A stretch of DNA of 64,000 nucleotides from a candidate division WOR-3 bacterium (GTDB taxonomy: Bacteria; Hydrothermota; Tepidihabitantia; B3-TA06). The position numbers were made by a program, and so were the translations under genes. Where the stretch lies: assembly GCA_965649265.1 (NCBI GenBank), contig CBFGKC010000001.1:109119-173118 (forward strand), given 5' to 3'. Under the pieces are notes generated by a model. It was given only the letters and a program-made list of their open reading frames with translations. It was not told the DNA's origin and did no database searches. Below are positions 29,320 to 37,293 of the stretch, piece by piece (the first letter of the stretch is position 1; each line of letters opens with the position of its first letter).

Positions 29320-29377
29320 TGTCCTAAAACCGGTCAGTTGCCCTAAAAACGGGCACCGTATGTACGGAATCCATACA
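29320..29377. promoter_or_regulatory. putative enhancer (UAS): three tandem 17-bp TG-N13-CA palindromes
   Basis: TGTCCTAAAACCGGTCA (29320), TGCCCTAAAAACGGGCA (29339), TGTACGGAATCCATACA (29361), about 70-130 bp upstream of a -24/-12 site. Confidence 0.55.
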
Positions 29378-29449
29378 AGCAAGTCCAGGAATTCGAAAGC
29401 GCCCCCTCCCCATGTCTCAAAATCCTGAGACTTATGCTCAAGCGAGTCC

Positions 29450-29465
29450 TGGCACGGAACTTGCT
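29450..29465 (+). promoter_or_regulatory. sigma54 (-24/-12) promoter
   Basis: TGGCAC-GGAAC-TTGCT, a consensus match, downstream of a sigma54 activator gene. Confidence 0.85.
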
Positions 29466-29593
29466 CCTTTATTCGGGTGCGAGTTTTTGTGACGCGGTAC
29501 AGGTATTGTCTTAGGGAAGACAAACCATCCTGAGAGAGTGGCTAGGGGGGTGAGGGGATAGCTTGCAAGCCGTGAACTTTAAACGGAGAGAAT

Positions 29594-30307
29594 TTGAATA
29601 AGAGTAAGGCTAATATTCTATTTGTAGACGATGAGAGAGATTTCGCCGCAATGATGGCGAAGGTTTTGGAACTTCGCGGATTTTCAGTCGAAACTGCATT
29701 TTCCGGCCCCAGCGCTCTTAAAACCTACCAGTCAAAAAGGTACGATCTGGTGGTTTCCGATCTCAGCATGCCGGGTATGGACGGCATCGAGCTGATCCGC
29801 GAGATTCGCAGAATCAATTCCTCTCAGCGTATCATCATAATAACAGGTTTCCCGTCGCAAGCATCCCAGAGAGAGGCATTCAAACTTGGGACAATCAATT
29901 ACATCGTCAAGCCTTTTTCCGTTAACAGGTTCCTTGAGGTGATTTCGGAGTCGCTAGAAGATGATGAGGAGGGTTTGCTGGGGCCGGTTCGTCTTAAATG
30001 CGAGGATCTCATACAAATGTACGCGCTCGGCGCGCAAAACATTACCATAGAGATACTTAACGCTCGTACGGGCGAATTGGGCCGCGTTTTCATAGAAAAA
30101 GGCAAGGTTGTGCATGCCGAGGCGGGAAAACTCAAGGGCGAGCAGGCGTTTTACGAGATTCAGTCGTGGGACTCCGGTGTGTTCAGAACGGAACCTCTCA
30201 AGGGCAAGGTTCCCAGAACCATTGACCGCAGCCCCGATGCCCTCATCCTCGAGGCGGCGCGCAGGCTTGACGAAAGTCCTGGGGTACGCCGCAAGTCTGC
30301 AAGGTAG
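29594..30307 (+). CDS. response regulator REC + DUF4388 (PatA-N)
   Basis: REC FVDDE…DLSMP…KPF, then DLIQM…G.VFIEKGKVVHA…GEQAFYEIQSWDSGVF…ALILEAARRLDE. Confidence 0.85.
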   Translation: MNKSKANILFVDDERDFAAMMAKVLELRGFSVETAFSGPSALKTYQSKRYDLVVSDLSMPGMDGIELIREIRRINSSQRIIIITGFPSQASQREAFKLGTINYIVKPFSVNRFLEVISESLEDDEEGLLGPVRLKCEDLIQMYALGAQNITIEILNARTGELGRVFIEKGKVVHAEAGKLKGEQAFYEIQSWDSGVFRTEPLKGKVPRTIDRSPDALILEAARRLDESPGVRRKSAR

Positions 30308-30316
30308 GAACTCCAG

Positions 30317-30640
30317 ATGCAAAAAAAGAAACAAGGCTTGAATTCATTCCATACCCTGGAGAAATTCGTGGCTCTGCTCGAGAATCTTCCCGGCGCCTAC
30401 GAGGTGTACTTAACGTCCGAGGCGGGGGAGGAGGGGGTCCTCTTTTGCGGGAACAAGATAATTCGTCATGCCGCATGCAAGGATCTCTCCGGCATGAATG
30501 CGATGAGCGAGATTCTTTCATGGAACGGGGTCAATTTTAACATCCGTCACGTTCCAACAAGCCCCGAACGCGAGATTTACATACCCCTGAACTACCTCCT
30601 TAAGGTTCTCAAGGAAAAGGTCGGGGCAGGGGTCTTCTAA
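30317..30640 (+). CDS. stand-alone DUF4388 (PatA-N)-like protein
   Basis: EGVLF…IRHA…SGMNAMSEILSW…F, homologous to the C-terminus of the upstream gene. Confidence 0.7.
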   Translation: MQKKKQGLNSFHTLEKFVALLENLPGAYEVYLTSEAGEEGVLFCGNKIIRHAACKDLSGMNAMSEILSWNGVNFNIRHVPTSPEREIYIPLNYLLKVLKEKVGAGVF

Positions 30641-30755
30641 GGGCCGGTTTTCCGTCGTCTACTGAAAGCATAACAGACGTTTTTGACGAAAACATCTTGC
30701 GTCCCTCATTTTTTCCATTATAATATAGCAGTAAAGGATAAAAAGGAGGGCGTAA

Positions 30756-31607
30756 ATGCCCGAGGAGATTAGTAAACAAACGATTCCCAGCGTTTTGTTC
30801 GTCGATGACGAAGTGGATTTCGCTGAGGCCATGTCAACACTCCTGGGGGCTGAGGGTTTTGAAGTAAGCGTAGCACATTCAGGTGCCGAGGCTTTGAATA
30901 CATACTCGAAAGGGAAGTTCGACCTGATAGTGACCGATCTCAAGATGCCTGTGATGGACGGGATCGAGCTCGTGCGTAACATACGCAGGCAGAACCCGAC
31001 ACAACCCATCGTTATCGTTACCGGTTTCCCCGGCCAGCTTACACCCTGGAACCGCCGGTTTAACGATAAGGATGAGGATCTGGTGGAGCTTGGGTCACTT
31101 AATTATCTCGTGAAGCCGTTCCAGCCAAAAAGACTCGTCGAGGTTGTCCGCGGCGCAATCGAAAAGCAGAAGGCAAGGCTTGCTCGCGCCAAAAGAACCC
31201 CGCCTCTTTCGGTTGCCGTTGCCGAGCAGTCGGGGTTGAGCTGGGTGTCAAAGGTAGCCCAGAAGACCCTTGAAGAAAGCGCGGACGCCATAGACGGTCT
31301 CATGGCTTCAGGCATTGCCGATACATCGGGCCGCATTCTTGCCGAGATTAACCCGGCCTCGATCCCTCAGAACTTGTACTGCGGCCGCTTCGCGATAGTC
31401 ATGGCCATACTGCGCGAGACCGCCCGCGACATGGGCAACGGCAAGGTGGTCGAGACAATCGTCGAGTCGGACTCGCACTGGAGCGTGGCTCACTTCATAG
31501 GCCAGAGCAACTACTACCTCTGTGTCGTGGCCTCGCGCCAGACAACGCTCGGCAACCTGAGAACCCTTGTCCGCAAACTGGCGGAGCGTTTCGAGAAGGT
31601 GATATAG
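30756..31607 (+). CDS. response regulator REC + Roadblock/LC7 (MglB-like) domain
   Basis: REC FVDDE…DLKMP…KPF. C-terminus IDGLMASGIADTSGRILA…MG.G.V.ETIVE……YYLCVVA….LG.LR..VR…..EKVI matches the Roadblock pattern. SD AGGAGG. Confidence 0.75.
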   Translation: MPEEISKQTIPSVLFVDDEVDFAEAMSTLLGAEGFEVSVAHSGAEALNTYSKGKFDLIVTDLKMPVMDGIELVRNIRRQNPTQPIVIVTGFPGQLTPWNRRFNDKDEDLVELGSLNYLVKPFQPKRLVEVVRGAIEKQKARLARAKRTPPLSVAVAEQSGLSWVSKVAQKTLEESADAIDGLMASGIADTSGRILAEINPASIPQNLYCGRFAIVMAILRETARDMGNGKVVETIVESDSHWSVAHFIGQSNYYLCVVASRQTTLGNLRTLVRKLAERFEKVI

Positions 31608-31612
31608 CTATT

Positions 31613-31648
31613 CCCCGTAAAAGTATGTCGTACTTTTGCGGGGACCCC
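31613..31648. repeat. 14-3-14 hairpin repeat with ACCCC tail
   Basis: CCCCGTAAAAGTAT-GTC-GTACTTTTGCGGGG-ACCCC, 5 bp after stop 31607. A second GGGGACCCCGACGACTTT follows at 31714. Confidence 0.8.
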
Positions 31649-31895
31649 GACGACTTTGCACCCCGGGAATAAACCCCGCATTTTTTCTCCGCAAACGTCG
31701 TCATTTCATGTCCGGGGACCCCGACGACTTTCAGAGAAAGTCGTTCAGAAGTTAATCTTCACTTCCTATTCAGGAAGATAAACTTCACCTGAGAATGATG
31801 GCTCTTCTTGTAATCGATGTCTTTCCAGCGTCACGAAATATTCGCTCCTGCGGAGCGTTGGAAGTTTAACTCCTATAATCCCAGGAGGTTAAACT

Positions 31896-33128
31896 TCAGT
31901 CTAAAACAACGGCTTTTCTGACTATGCTTGAATGGCCAGTCTCTAGCCTGATAAAATACACTCCTATTGCCAGCCCCGCTTTCAAGCTCACGCTTCCCTC
32001 ACCCTGGACCCGGATGCTCTCCACCCTGCGGCCTGCGGGATCGTAAAGGCTTATCGTGCCCTGCTCTCCAGGGGGGAGGGAGTAGCGTATCGAGGATAGT
32101 GATGCAAAATCAAGCCGGAGGACAGAGGGGGAGGGGGTCTCACCAATGCCGCTGTACTCCCTGGTCAGAATATCGTCCTCGTCGCACTCGTCCGGGGACA
32201 TTCCTGCAAGCCCGCCCGTGACAACGGTCAGCGTGTATGTGCCGCCGCCCGAACCACCGGTATAATCCTTGAAGCTGACCTCGGTGGAGTCGTCCGAAGC
32301 AAGACTCGCTACGATCACCGTGTCCGCATAGGGCGTTGCGCCCTCTATTGTGGCTATCACCTTGACGTCAGTCTGATCCTCGCGGCCGTTGTTCCAGACC
32401 ACAGCCCGTGGATGCGCAAGGTCGCCCGATATGCGCGTGAGGCCGATGTCGTAGTCGGCCCAGCCGGTAAGCCGGAGAGCATCGAAAAACGCCTTCTGGG
32501 AGTACCATGATCCATTGTCATAGTTAGTGTTTGCACGAAGAGATATTGTGTCAAATTCTAAAAGAGTATCCAGATTTTTTACTCCGATTAAATCCTCTTT
32601 GACGCTTTTCCTCATCAAATACCATACGCCTTCTTCATTAATCGTATCGATGAAATACTTCTCATACTTATTATCTGGAGGTGTTGCTAGCCAAGGGTTG
32701 TACCAACTATAAATAGCGTCTACTCCGTGCGGATCAGATGCATTGAAAAACTCCAAGCAGAGGAAAAAACTACTCGTGGGTTGATTCCCTGTACCTTTAG
32801 CGAGGTACATGTAAAAACATTCCAAAGAATCCAAATCGCTGAGTTTTTTTCTAAGGCTAACACCTTGAATTAACCTTCCTTGAGCAACATAAGGACCCGA
32901 TGGATTCGAGATGGGTTTTTTCCGCGTATCTATAGTCCCACTCCATTCACCAAGATAAAAGCTATCTGCATCGTGTTTGTTAACTAATATCGAATCTGTT
33001 CCCTCAGGAATGGTTCGGTATCTCCATAAACTACTTTCCAGCTCGAACCCCGCATCCTTGATAAGGTTCACCTTCTCAAGTGCCAGGAGCATTACCGGAA
33101 TCAATGTGATGTAAAGTAATCTTCTCAC
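31896..33128 (-). CDS. secreted protein with CARDB-like domain and T9SS CTD
   Basis: GTG start after GGAGG. Signal peptide. YDIG…VWNNG…(Ig/CARDB-like). CTD LYDPAGRRV…GVYFIRL…KAVVL. Confidence 0.75.
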   Translation of the reverse strand: MRRLLYITLIPVMLLALEKVNLIKDAGFELESSLWRYRTIPEGTDSILVNKHDADSFYLGEWSGTIDTRKKPISNPSGPYVAQGRLIQGVSLRKKLSDLDSLECFYMYLAKGTGNQPTSSFFLCLEFFNASDPHGVDAIYSWYNPWLATPPDNKYEKYFIDTINEEGVWYLMRKSVKEDLIGVKNLDTLLEFDTISLRANTNYDNGSWYSQKAFFDALRLTGWADYDIGLTRISGDLAHPRAVVWNNGREDQTDVKVIATIEGATPYADTVIVASLASDDSTEVSFKDYTGGSGGGTYTLTVVTGGLAGMSPDECDEDDILTREYSGIGETPSPSVLRLDFASLSSIRYSLPPGEQGTISLYDPAGRRVESIRVQGEGSVSLKAGLAIGVYFIRLETGHSSIVRKAVVLD

Positions 33129-33216
33129 GACATACCTCCGCTTTAACTTTTTCTATTTTAGCGTTTTTCTAAAAGGAAGTCAACATTAATTTCAAAGTTC
33201 CGGGGGTTCATACTCC

Positions 33217-33246
33217 AAAAAAGGGGCCGGGACTTGCGTCCCGGCC
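33217..33246 (-). terminator. intrinsic terminator of gdh
   Basis: GGCCGGGAC-GCAA-GTCCCGGCC followed by CCTTTTTT on the minus strand. Confidence 0.75.
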
Positions 33247-33275
33247 AGGCTAAAGGGGTAGGTATTAAAATCTCG

Positions 33276-34544
33276 TCAGGGGAAGATGCCGCGTTCGCGG
33301 TAGACCTTCTCGATCCTCGCAAGCGCGACGATGTAAGCGGCGGTGCGCCAGTCGGTCTTGTAGTGCTTGGCGGTGTCGCGCACCTTTTCGTACGCGCGCA
33401 ATATCTTTTTCGAGAGCTTGGTATCCACTTCCTCAAGCTCCCAGCGCTCGCTGCGCTTGTTCTGCAGCCACTCGAAGTAGCTGACAATCACGCCGCCGGC
33501 GTTGCAGAGGATGTCGGGAAGAACGTCAATGCCTTTCTCACCGAGAATCCTGTCGCCGTCCGGGTCTGTAGGGCCGTTTGCGCCCTCGGCCACGAGCTTC
33601 GTGTCCAGAAGCGGCGCAGTTTCAGCGGTTATCTGATTTTCGAGCGCGGAGGGGATGAAAATGTCGCACTTCGTCCCAAGAAACGTCTTGTGGTCTATCG
33701 ACTTCGAACCTGCAAATCCGGCCACGCCGCCCGTCTTTTTGACGTGCTCGGTGAGTGCGTCCGGGTCCATGCCCCTGGGATCGTACACGGCACCAGTGAC
33801 GTCCTCAGCCGCGATAAGTATCGAACCATGTGGCTTTAAGAGCTTTGCGGCCCAGGAGCCGACGTTGCCGAAGCCCTGGACGGTGTATGTCGCGTCCTTG
33901 AGATTGAAACCCTTGTCCTTAGCCCAGGCCTCTATCGTAAAGACGACGCCCTGGCCGGTTGCCTTGTCGCGGCCGAGGCTTCCGCCCGACTCGATAGGCT
34001 TGCCGGTAACGACGTGCACGGAGCGCTGGCGCTCCGTGGGCGGGACGGTCGAGAGATAAGTGTCGAGAATCCATGCCATTATCTGAGGATTGGTGTTGAC
34101 GTCGGGGGCAGGGATGTCGTACTCGGGACCAATGGTGTTGCCGAGCGCGTAGGTGAAGCGCCTCGTAATCCTCTCGAGCTCCTGTCTCGAATACTTCGAG
34201 GGGTCTATCTGGATGCCGCCCTTTGCGCCGCCGAGCGGGATGTCGGCGATAGCGGATTTCCACGTCATCCAGGTCGCGAGCGCGCGAACCTCGTCGATGT
34301 TCACCGCGGGGTGGAAGCGCAGGCCGCCCTTGTAGGGGCCGAGCACGTTTGAATGCTGGACGCGGTAGCCGGTAAATACCTCTATCCGGCCGTCGTCCAT
34401 CTTGACGGGGAAGTTGACCTCGACCTCATTGGTCGTTTTGGCAAGAATGGTGCGGATGTTGGGGTCCAGCCCCATGAGATCAGCCGCTTTGTTGAATTGC
34501 CAGCCTACGTTTTCGTAAACGCTGGGCTTATTTTGGGTTTCCAT
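33276..34544 (-). CDS. gdhA: glutamate dehydrogenase (Glu/Leu/Phe/Val family)
   Basis: GPYKGGLRFHP, GGAKGG, DIPAPDVNT, VQGFGNVG, EGANGP, NAGGVIVSYFEW. Confidence 0.93.
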   Translation of the reverse strand: METQNKPSVYENVGWQFNKAADLMGLDPNIRTILAKTTNEVEVNFPVKMDDGRIEVFTGYRVQHSNVLGPYKGGLRFHPAVNIDEVRALATWMTWKSAIADIPLGGAKGGIQIDPSKYSRQELERITRRFTYALGNTIGPEYDIPAPDVNTNPQIMAWILDTYLSTVPPTERQRSVHVVTGKPIESGGSLGRDKATGQGVVFTIEAWAKDKGFNLKDATYTVQGFGNVGSWAAKLLKPHGSILIAAEDVTGAVYDPRGMDPDALTEHVKKTGGVAGFAGSKSIDHKTFLGTKCDIFIPSALENQITAETAPLLDTKLVAEGANGPTDPDGDRILGEKGIDVLPDILCNAGGVIVSYFEWLQNKRSERWELEEVDTKLSKKILRAYEKVRDTAKHYKTDWRTAAYIVALARIEKVYRERGIFP

Positions 34545-34586
34545 CGGTTTTTATCTCCTCTTTTGAGGTTGTGTGAATCTCCTTTG

Positions 34587-34667
34587 CCCCAAACGTCTGC
34601 TTCGCATACGTCCGGGGACCCCTTCTTTTTACCCCAAAAGAATACGGAGTATTCTTTTGGGGGCCCC
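34587..34667. repeat. two tandem 14-3-14 hairpin repeats in the gdh leader
   Basis: CCCCAAACGTCTGC-TTC-GCATACGTCCGGGG-ACCCC (34587-34622) and CCCCAAAAGAATAC-GGA-GTATTCTTTTGGGG-GCCCC (34632-34667). Confidence 0.8.
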
Positions 34668-34818
34668 TCTTTACGCATCTTCCGGCCACCATCCTGCACC
34701 TCTCCCTTTTTCCTCTCGGATCCCCCTCCTGCCTGCCTTTCCCTTTCTCCGCCTGCCTCTTGCACGTCTCATTGATTACTTGAATTGGTTAGGATATCTC
34801 AGAACACCTTATGCCTCA

Positions 34819-34846
34819 ATTATATATAAGAAAGCTTCCGAGTCAA
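34819..34846 (-). promoter_or_regulatory. sigma70-type promoter of gdh
   Basis: TTGACT-N16-TATAAT. Confidence 0.7.
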
Positions 34847-34954
34847 GGCAACCGAACCAAGTACCGCTTTCTTCCTCTCATATATGAAATATGTCTCACC
34901 GTATCTCCCCTGGATGGGGTCAATCAAGTCTCGTATCGATGCGGCTTACAATAG

Positions 34955-36505
34955 CTACCTGATCTTCGTGACCTTCCGGTAAAGCGTTTGTTGGGGCGAA
35001 GTGAACTTCACGAAATAGACACCTTGCGGAACGTTTTCGGCATCCCAGGTTCTCTCGTACGTCCCGGCGGCGAAGCCGCCTTCCATAAGTGTCGCAACTT
35101 TGCGGCCCACAGCGTCATAAAGGCTCAAATCGACGCGGGTTGCTTCTCCGAGCATAAGCTTCAACCCCAGTGAGGTGGTGAATGGGGAGGCAGTCAGGAG
35201 CTCGATTCCGGTCCGGGCCGGTTCAGGCTTCTCTTCAACACCTACGAAGTTAAAGGTATCGACGAGCGGCGGGTAGCTGATTTTCACAAGGTAAAAGTCT
35301 GTTGCCCAGAAGGTGATTACGTAAGTATCCAAATCAAGAAAGGCGGTATCAAATTCAGCCGTTACGGTGTCATATTTCTGAACTGCCGTCAAGCCGATGG
35401 AATCCTCGTAGACTTTTTCCGTGTCGGACAGCCTGTTAATCCTGCAGCGCATGGTTATGCGTTCCAACTCCACCCCAAGCCGCTCGGCATAATCTGCGGT
35501 CGGCGGAAAGGCGACAAACTGATCCGGTGTTTGGGGCAATATCATTGTTATAGGGGTAAAATCGGCCCTTGAGGTGTTGAAGTTCTTGGTCATGCTGTTG
35601 TTCGAGGGGTTCTTGTCATCGGGATGCTGAACGGTGAAAGTGGCGGTGTATACCTTGTTGGCCAATGGAGTAAAGGAGTCAAACCCGGTAACGATAGTGG
35701 TTCCTGATTGGCAGGAATAATTGTTGAGAACGTCATCATAAACCGTTTGCTGTGAGACGATATCTTTTATGGCGCACCTGACCGATGCATGCGCGGTGGT
35801 GTCGAGATTGTTGTAAACCTTGCAAGATGGGAAGAACGGCACGCCTGGCTGTTCCTGGCTGAGCGGACGGATGATCTCGGTCAGCGCAAGGTCCAGGGTT
35901 TCGGGGGGAGGCACGGGAACGGATCCCCATACGTTAACGTCGTCCACCTCGTACCAGTAGGACTTGACCCCTCCCGAGAGCTCGTTGTAGACGAATCGAA
36001 CCTGGCAGTTGGCCTTCCCGGCCGCCTGCGCGGTGATGTTTACGCTGTCCCTTTGCGTTACACGAGAACCGGGCATATACGCTTTTACGGTTGTCCAGCT
36101 GCCTGCACCGTTTGAGGCTTGCACGCTGGCCTGAAGCTCGACCAGATTCGGTTTAGGATACCAGTCAACGTCCCACGCAAACCACACAACCTGGTAGTTG
36201 GTTGCGTCGAAAGCCTTTGAAGTAAGCGTGTTGTTCCCGGCACGCGAGTTGTTTTGATTGCCGTCATCGTCGTTATCGGCGCAAAAGCCGTTTCCTCCGG
36301 GCGTAAAGTTGGCCCTGGAATAGAAATCGTTCCGGTACCACTGGTTGTTTCCATTCGTTTGACTCGTTGACCATCCGGCAGGTGGAAAAGAGCCTTCGAA
36401 ACCTTCATTGAGAAGAGGAACAACCTGAGCGTTCACGGTCGTTATGGCGAACAATAAAACTACCCATAGTATCACTGTTCTCCATAAGAACTTGGTTCTT
36501 ATCAT
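34955..36505 (-). CDS. secreted adhesin-like protein (cleaved-adhesin/choice-of-anchor-J-like) with T9SS CTD
   Basis: Signal peptide VNA|Q, LNEGFEGSFPPAGW, W.EVDDV. CTD LYDAVGRKVATL…GVYFVKF…KVTKIR. SD AGGAGG. Confidence 0.75.
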   Translation of the reverse strand: MIRTKFLWRTVILWVVLLFAITTVNAQVVPLLNEGFEGSFPPAGWSTSQTNGNNQWYRNDFYSRANFTPGGNGFCADNDDDGNQNNSRAGNNTLTSKAFDATNYQVVWFAWDVDWYPKPNLVELQASVQASNGAGSWTTVKAYMPGSRVTQRDSVNITAQAAGKANCQVRFVYNELSGGVKSYWYEVDDVNVWGSVPVPPPETLDLALTEIIRPLSQEQPGVPFFPSCKVYNNLDTTAHASVRCAIKDIVSQQTVYDDVLNNYSCQSGTTIVTGFDSFTPLANKVYTATFTVQHPDDKNPSNNSMTKNFNTSRADFTPITMILPQTPDQFVAFPPTADYAERLGVELERITMRCRINRLSDTEKVYEDSIGLTAVQKYDTVTAEFDTAFLDLDTYVITFWATDFYLVKISYPPLVDTFNFVGVEEKPEPARTGIELLTASPFTTSLGLKLMLGEATRVDLSLYDAVGRKVATLMEGGFAAGTYERTWDAENVPQGVYFVKFTSPQQTLYRKVTKIR

Positions 36506-36620
36506 TTTGAACCTCCTGTATTTGGTTAAAATGACCTAGTTTTAGTTGACAAACCAGCTAGACTCGTCCTTTTTCTGGCGGTAACTTGTCAATAGCCCTC
36601 TAATTATCACTCATCATCAT

Positions 36621-36648
36621 AATATAGGCACATTGAGGAGCTTGTCAA
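36621..36648 (-). promoter_or_regulatory. sigma70-type promoter
   Basis: TTGACA-N16-TATATT. Confidence 0.65.
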
Positions 36649-36693
36649 GGGGTGTCTCCTTTGCCTTCCTCAACTCCCAAAAGCGGTTTCCTT

Positions 36694-36742
36694 CTCAGGC
36701 GCTCGCTCTCGGCCCTCCTCAGCCTCCCTCAGTCCCCCTCAG
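36694..36742 (+). repeat. second CTCAG array, 10-bp period
   Basis: CTCGG at 36708 and CTCAG at 36718, 36728, 36738 (plus 36694), between divergent promoters. Confidence 0.7.
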
Positions 36743-36784
36743 TCCCTTCCCTCCCTCCTTGCTTTTGCACAACGTCGCTTGGCC

Positions 36785-36812
36785 TTGACCGGGCGGGAAA
36801 AATTCCTATCAT
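36785..36812 (+). promoter_or_regulatory. sigma70-type promoter
   Basis: TTGACC-N16-TATCAT. Confidence 0.55.
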
Positions 36813-36866
36813 TAGAGTATAATTTAAAAATACTTCGATTCATCTCATCTGATGTAAGGAGAAAAG

Positions 36867-37151
36867 ATGAAAAGATTCTTGATCGCAATTCCAGCCGTTG
36901 TTGTGGCTCTGGTTCTTGCCGCAGGCTGCGCCAAGAAGGACGTCTCAAAAATCGAAACCCAGCAAGCAGCGACGGTTGGCGAAATGCCCGAGATGGTCAT
37001 TTGTTCAATCGATTCCACGGGCCAGGTTCAGATGACGGCCACCGATTCGATACCCAGGTTCGAATACAATGGCAAGACCTACTACTTTTCCTCAAAAGCT
37101 TGCAGGGACATAATCGTGAAAGAGCCCGAAAAGTATCTCGGCTCGGAGTAG
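36867..37151 (+). CDS. YHS-domain lipoprotein
   Basis: Lipobox LAAG|C. EYNGKTYYFSSKAC…EPEKY YHS motif. SD AAGGAG. Confidence 0.8.
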   Translation: MKRFLIAIPAVVVALVLAAGCAKKDVSKIETQQAATVGEMPEMVICSIDSTGQVQMTATDSIPRFEYNGKTYYFSSKACRDIIVKEPEKYLGSE

Positions 37152-37199
37152 CTTCCGGAACAAAGCGGTTCTCGCGCCGCTGAAATCAAAAGTTTCCGC

Positions 37200-37238
37200 C
37201 CGCCCCGCCTCGACAAATAAGGCGGGGCGGAATTCTTT
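37200..37238 (+). terminator. probable intrinsic terminator
   Basis: CCGCCCCGCCT-N9-AGGCGGGGCGG followed by AATTCTTT. Confidence 0.55.
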
Positions 37239-37259
37239 GGTTCCCATCGCTCCAAGTAC

Positions 37260-37287
37260 TTGACAAAGCGTCATTCAAGAGTACATT
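37260..37287 (+). promoter_or_regulatory. sigma70-type promoter, probably leaderless transcript
   Basis: TTGACA-N16-TACATT. ATG 6 nt downstream, no SD. Confidence 0.65.
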
Positions 37288-37293
37288 TATTTC

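Noticed and set aside
3953-34667. Integron attC sites for the post-stop hairpins
   Set aside because: No RYYYAAC/GTTRRRY ends, the hairpins are too short, the genes have their own promoters and both orientations, and there is no integrase.
36546-36592. TTGACAA…TTGTCAA inverted repeat as extra promoters or a riboswitch
   Set aside because: Neither box has a properly spaced -10 and no known aptamer matches. It may be an ordinary leader hairpin.
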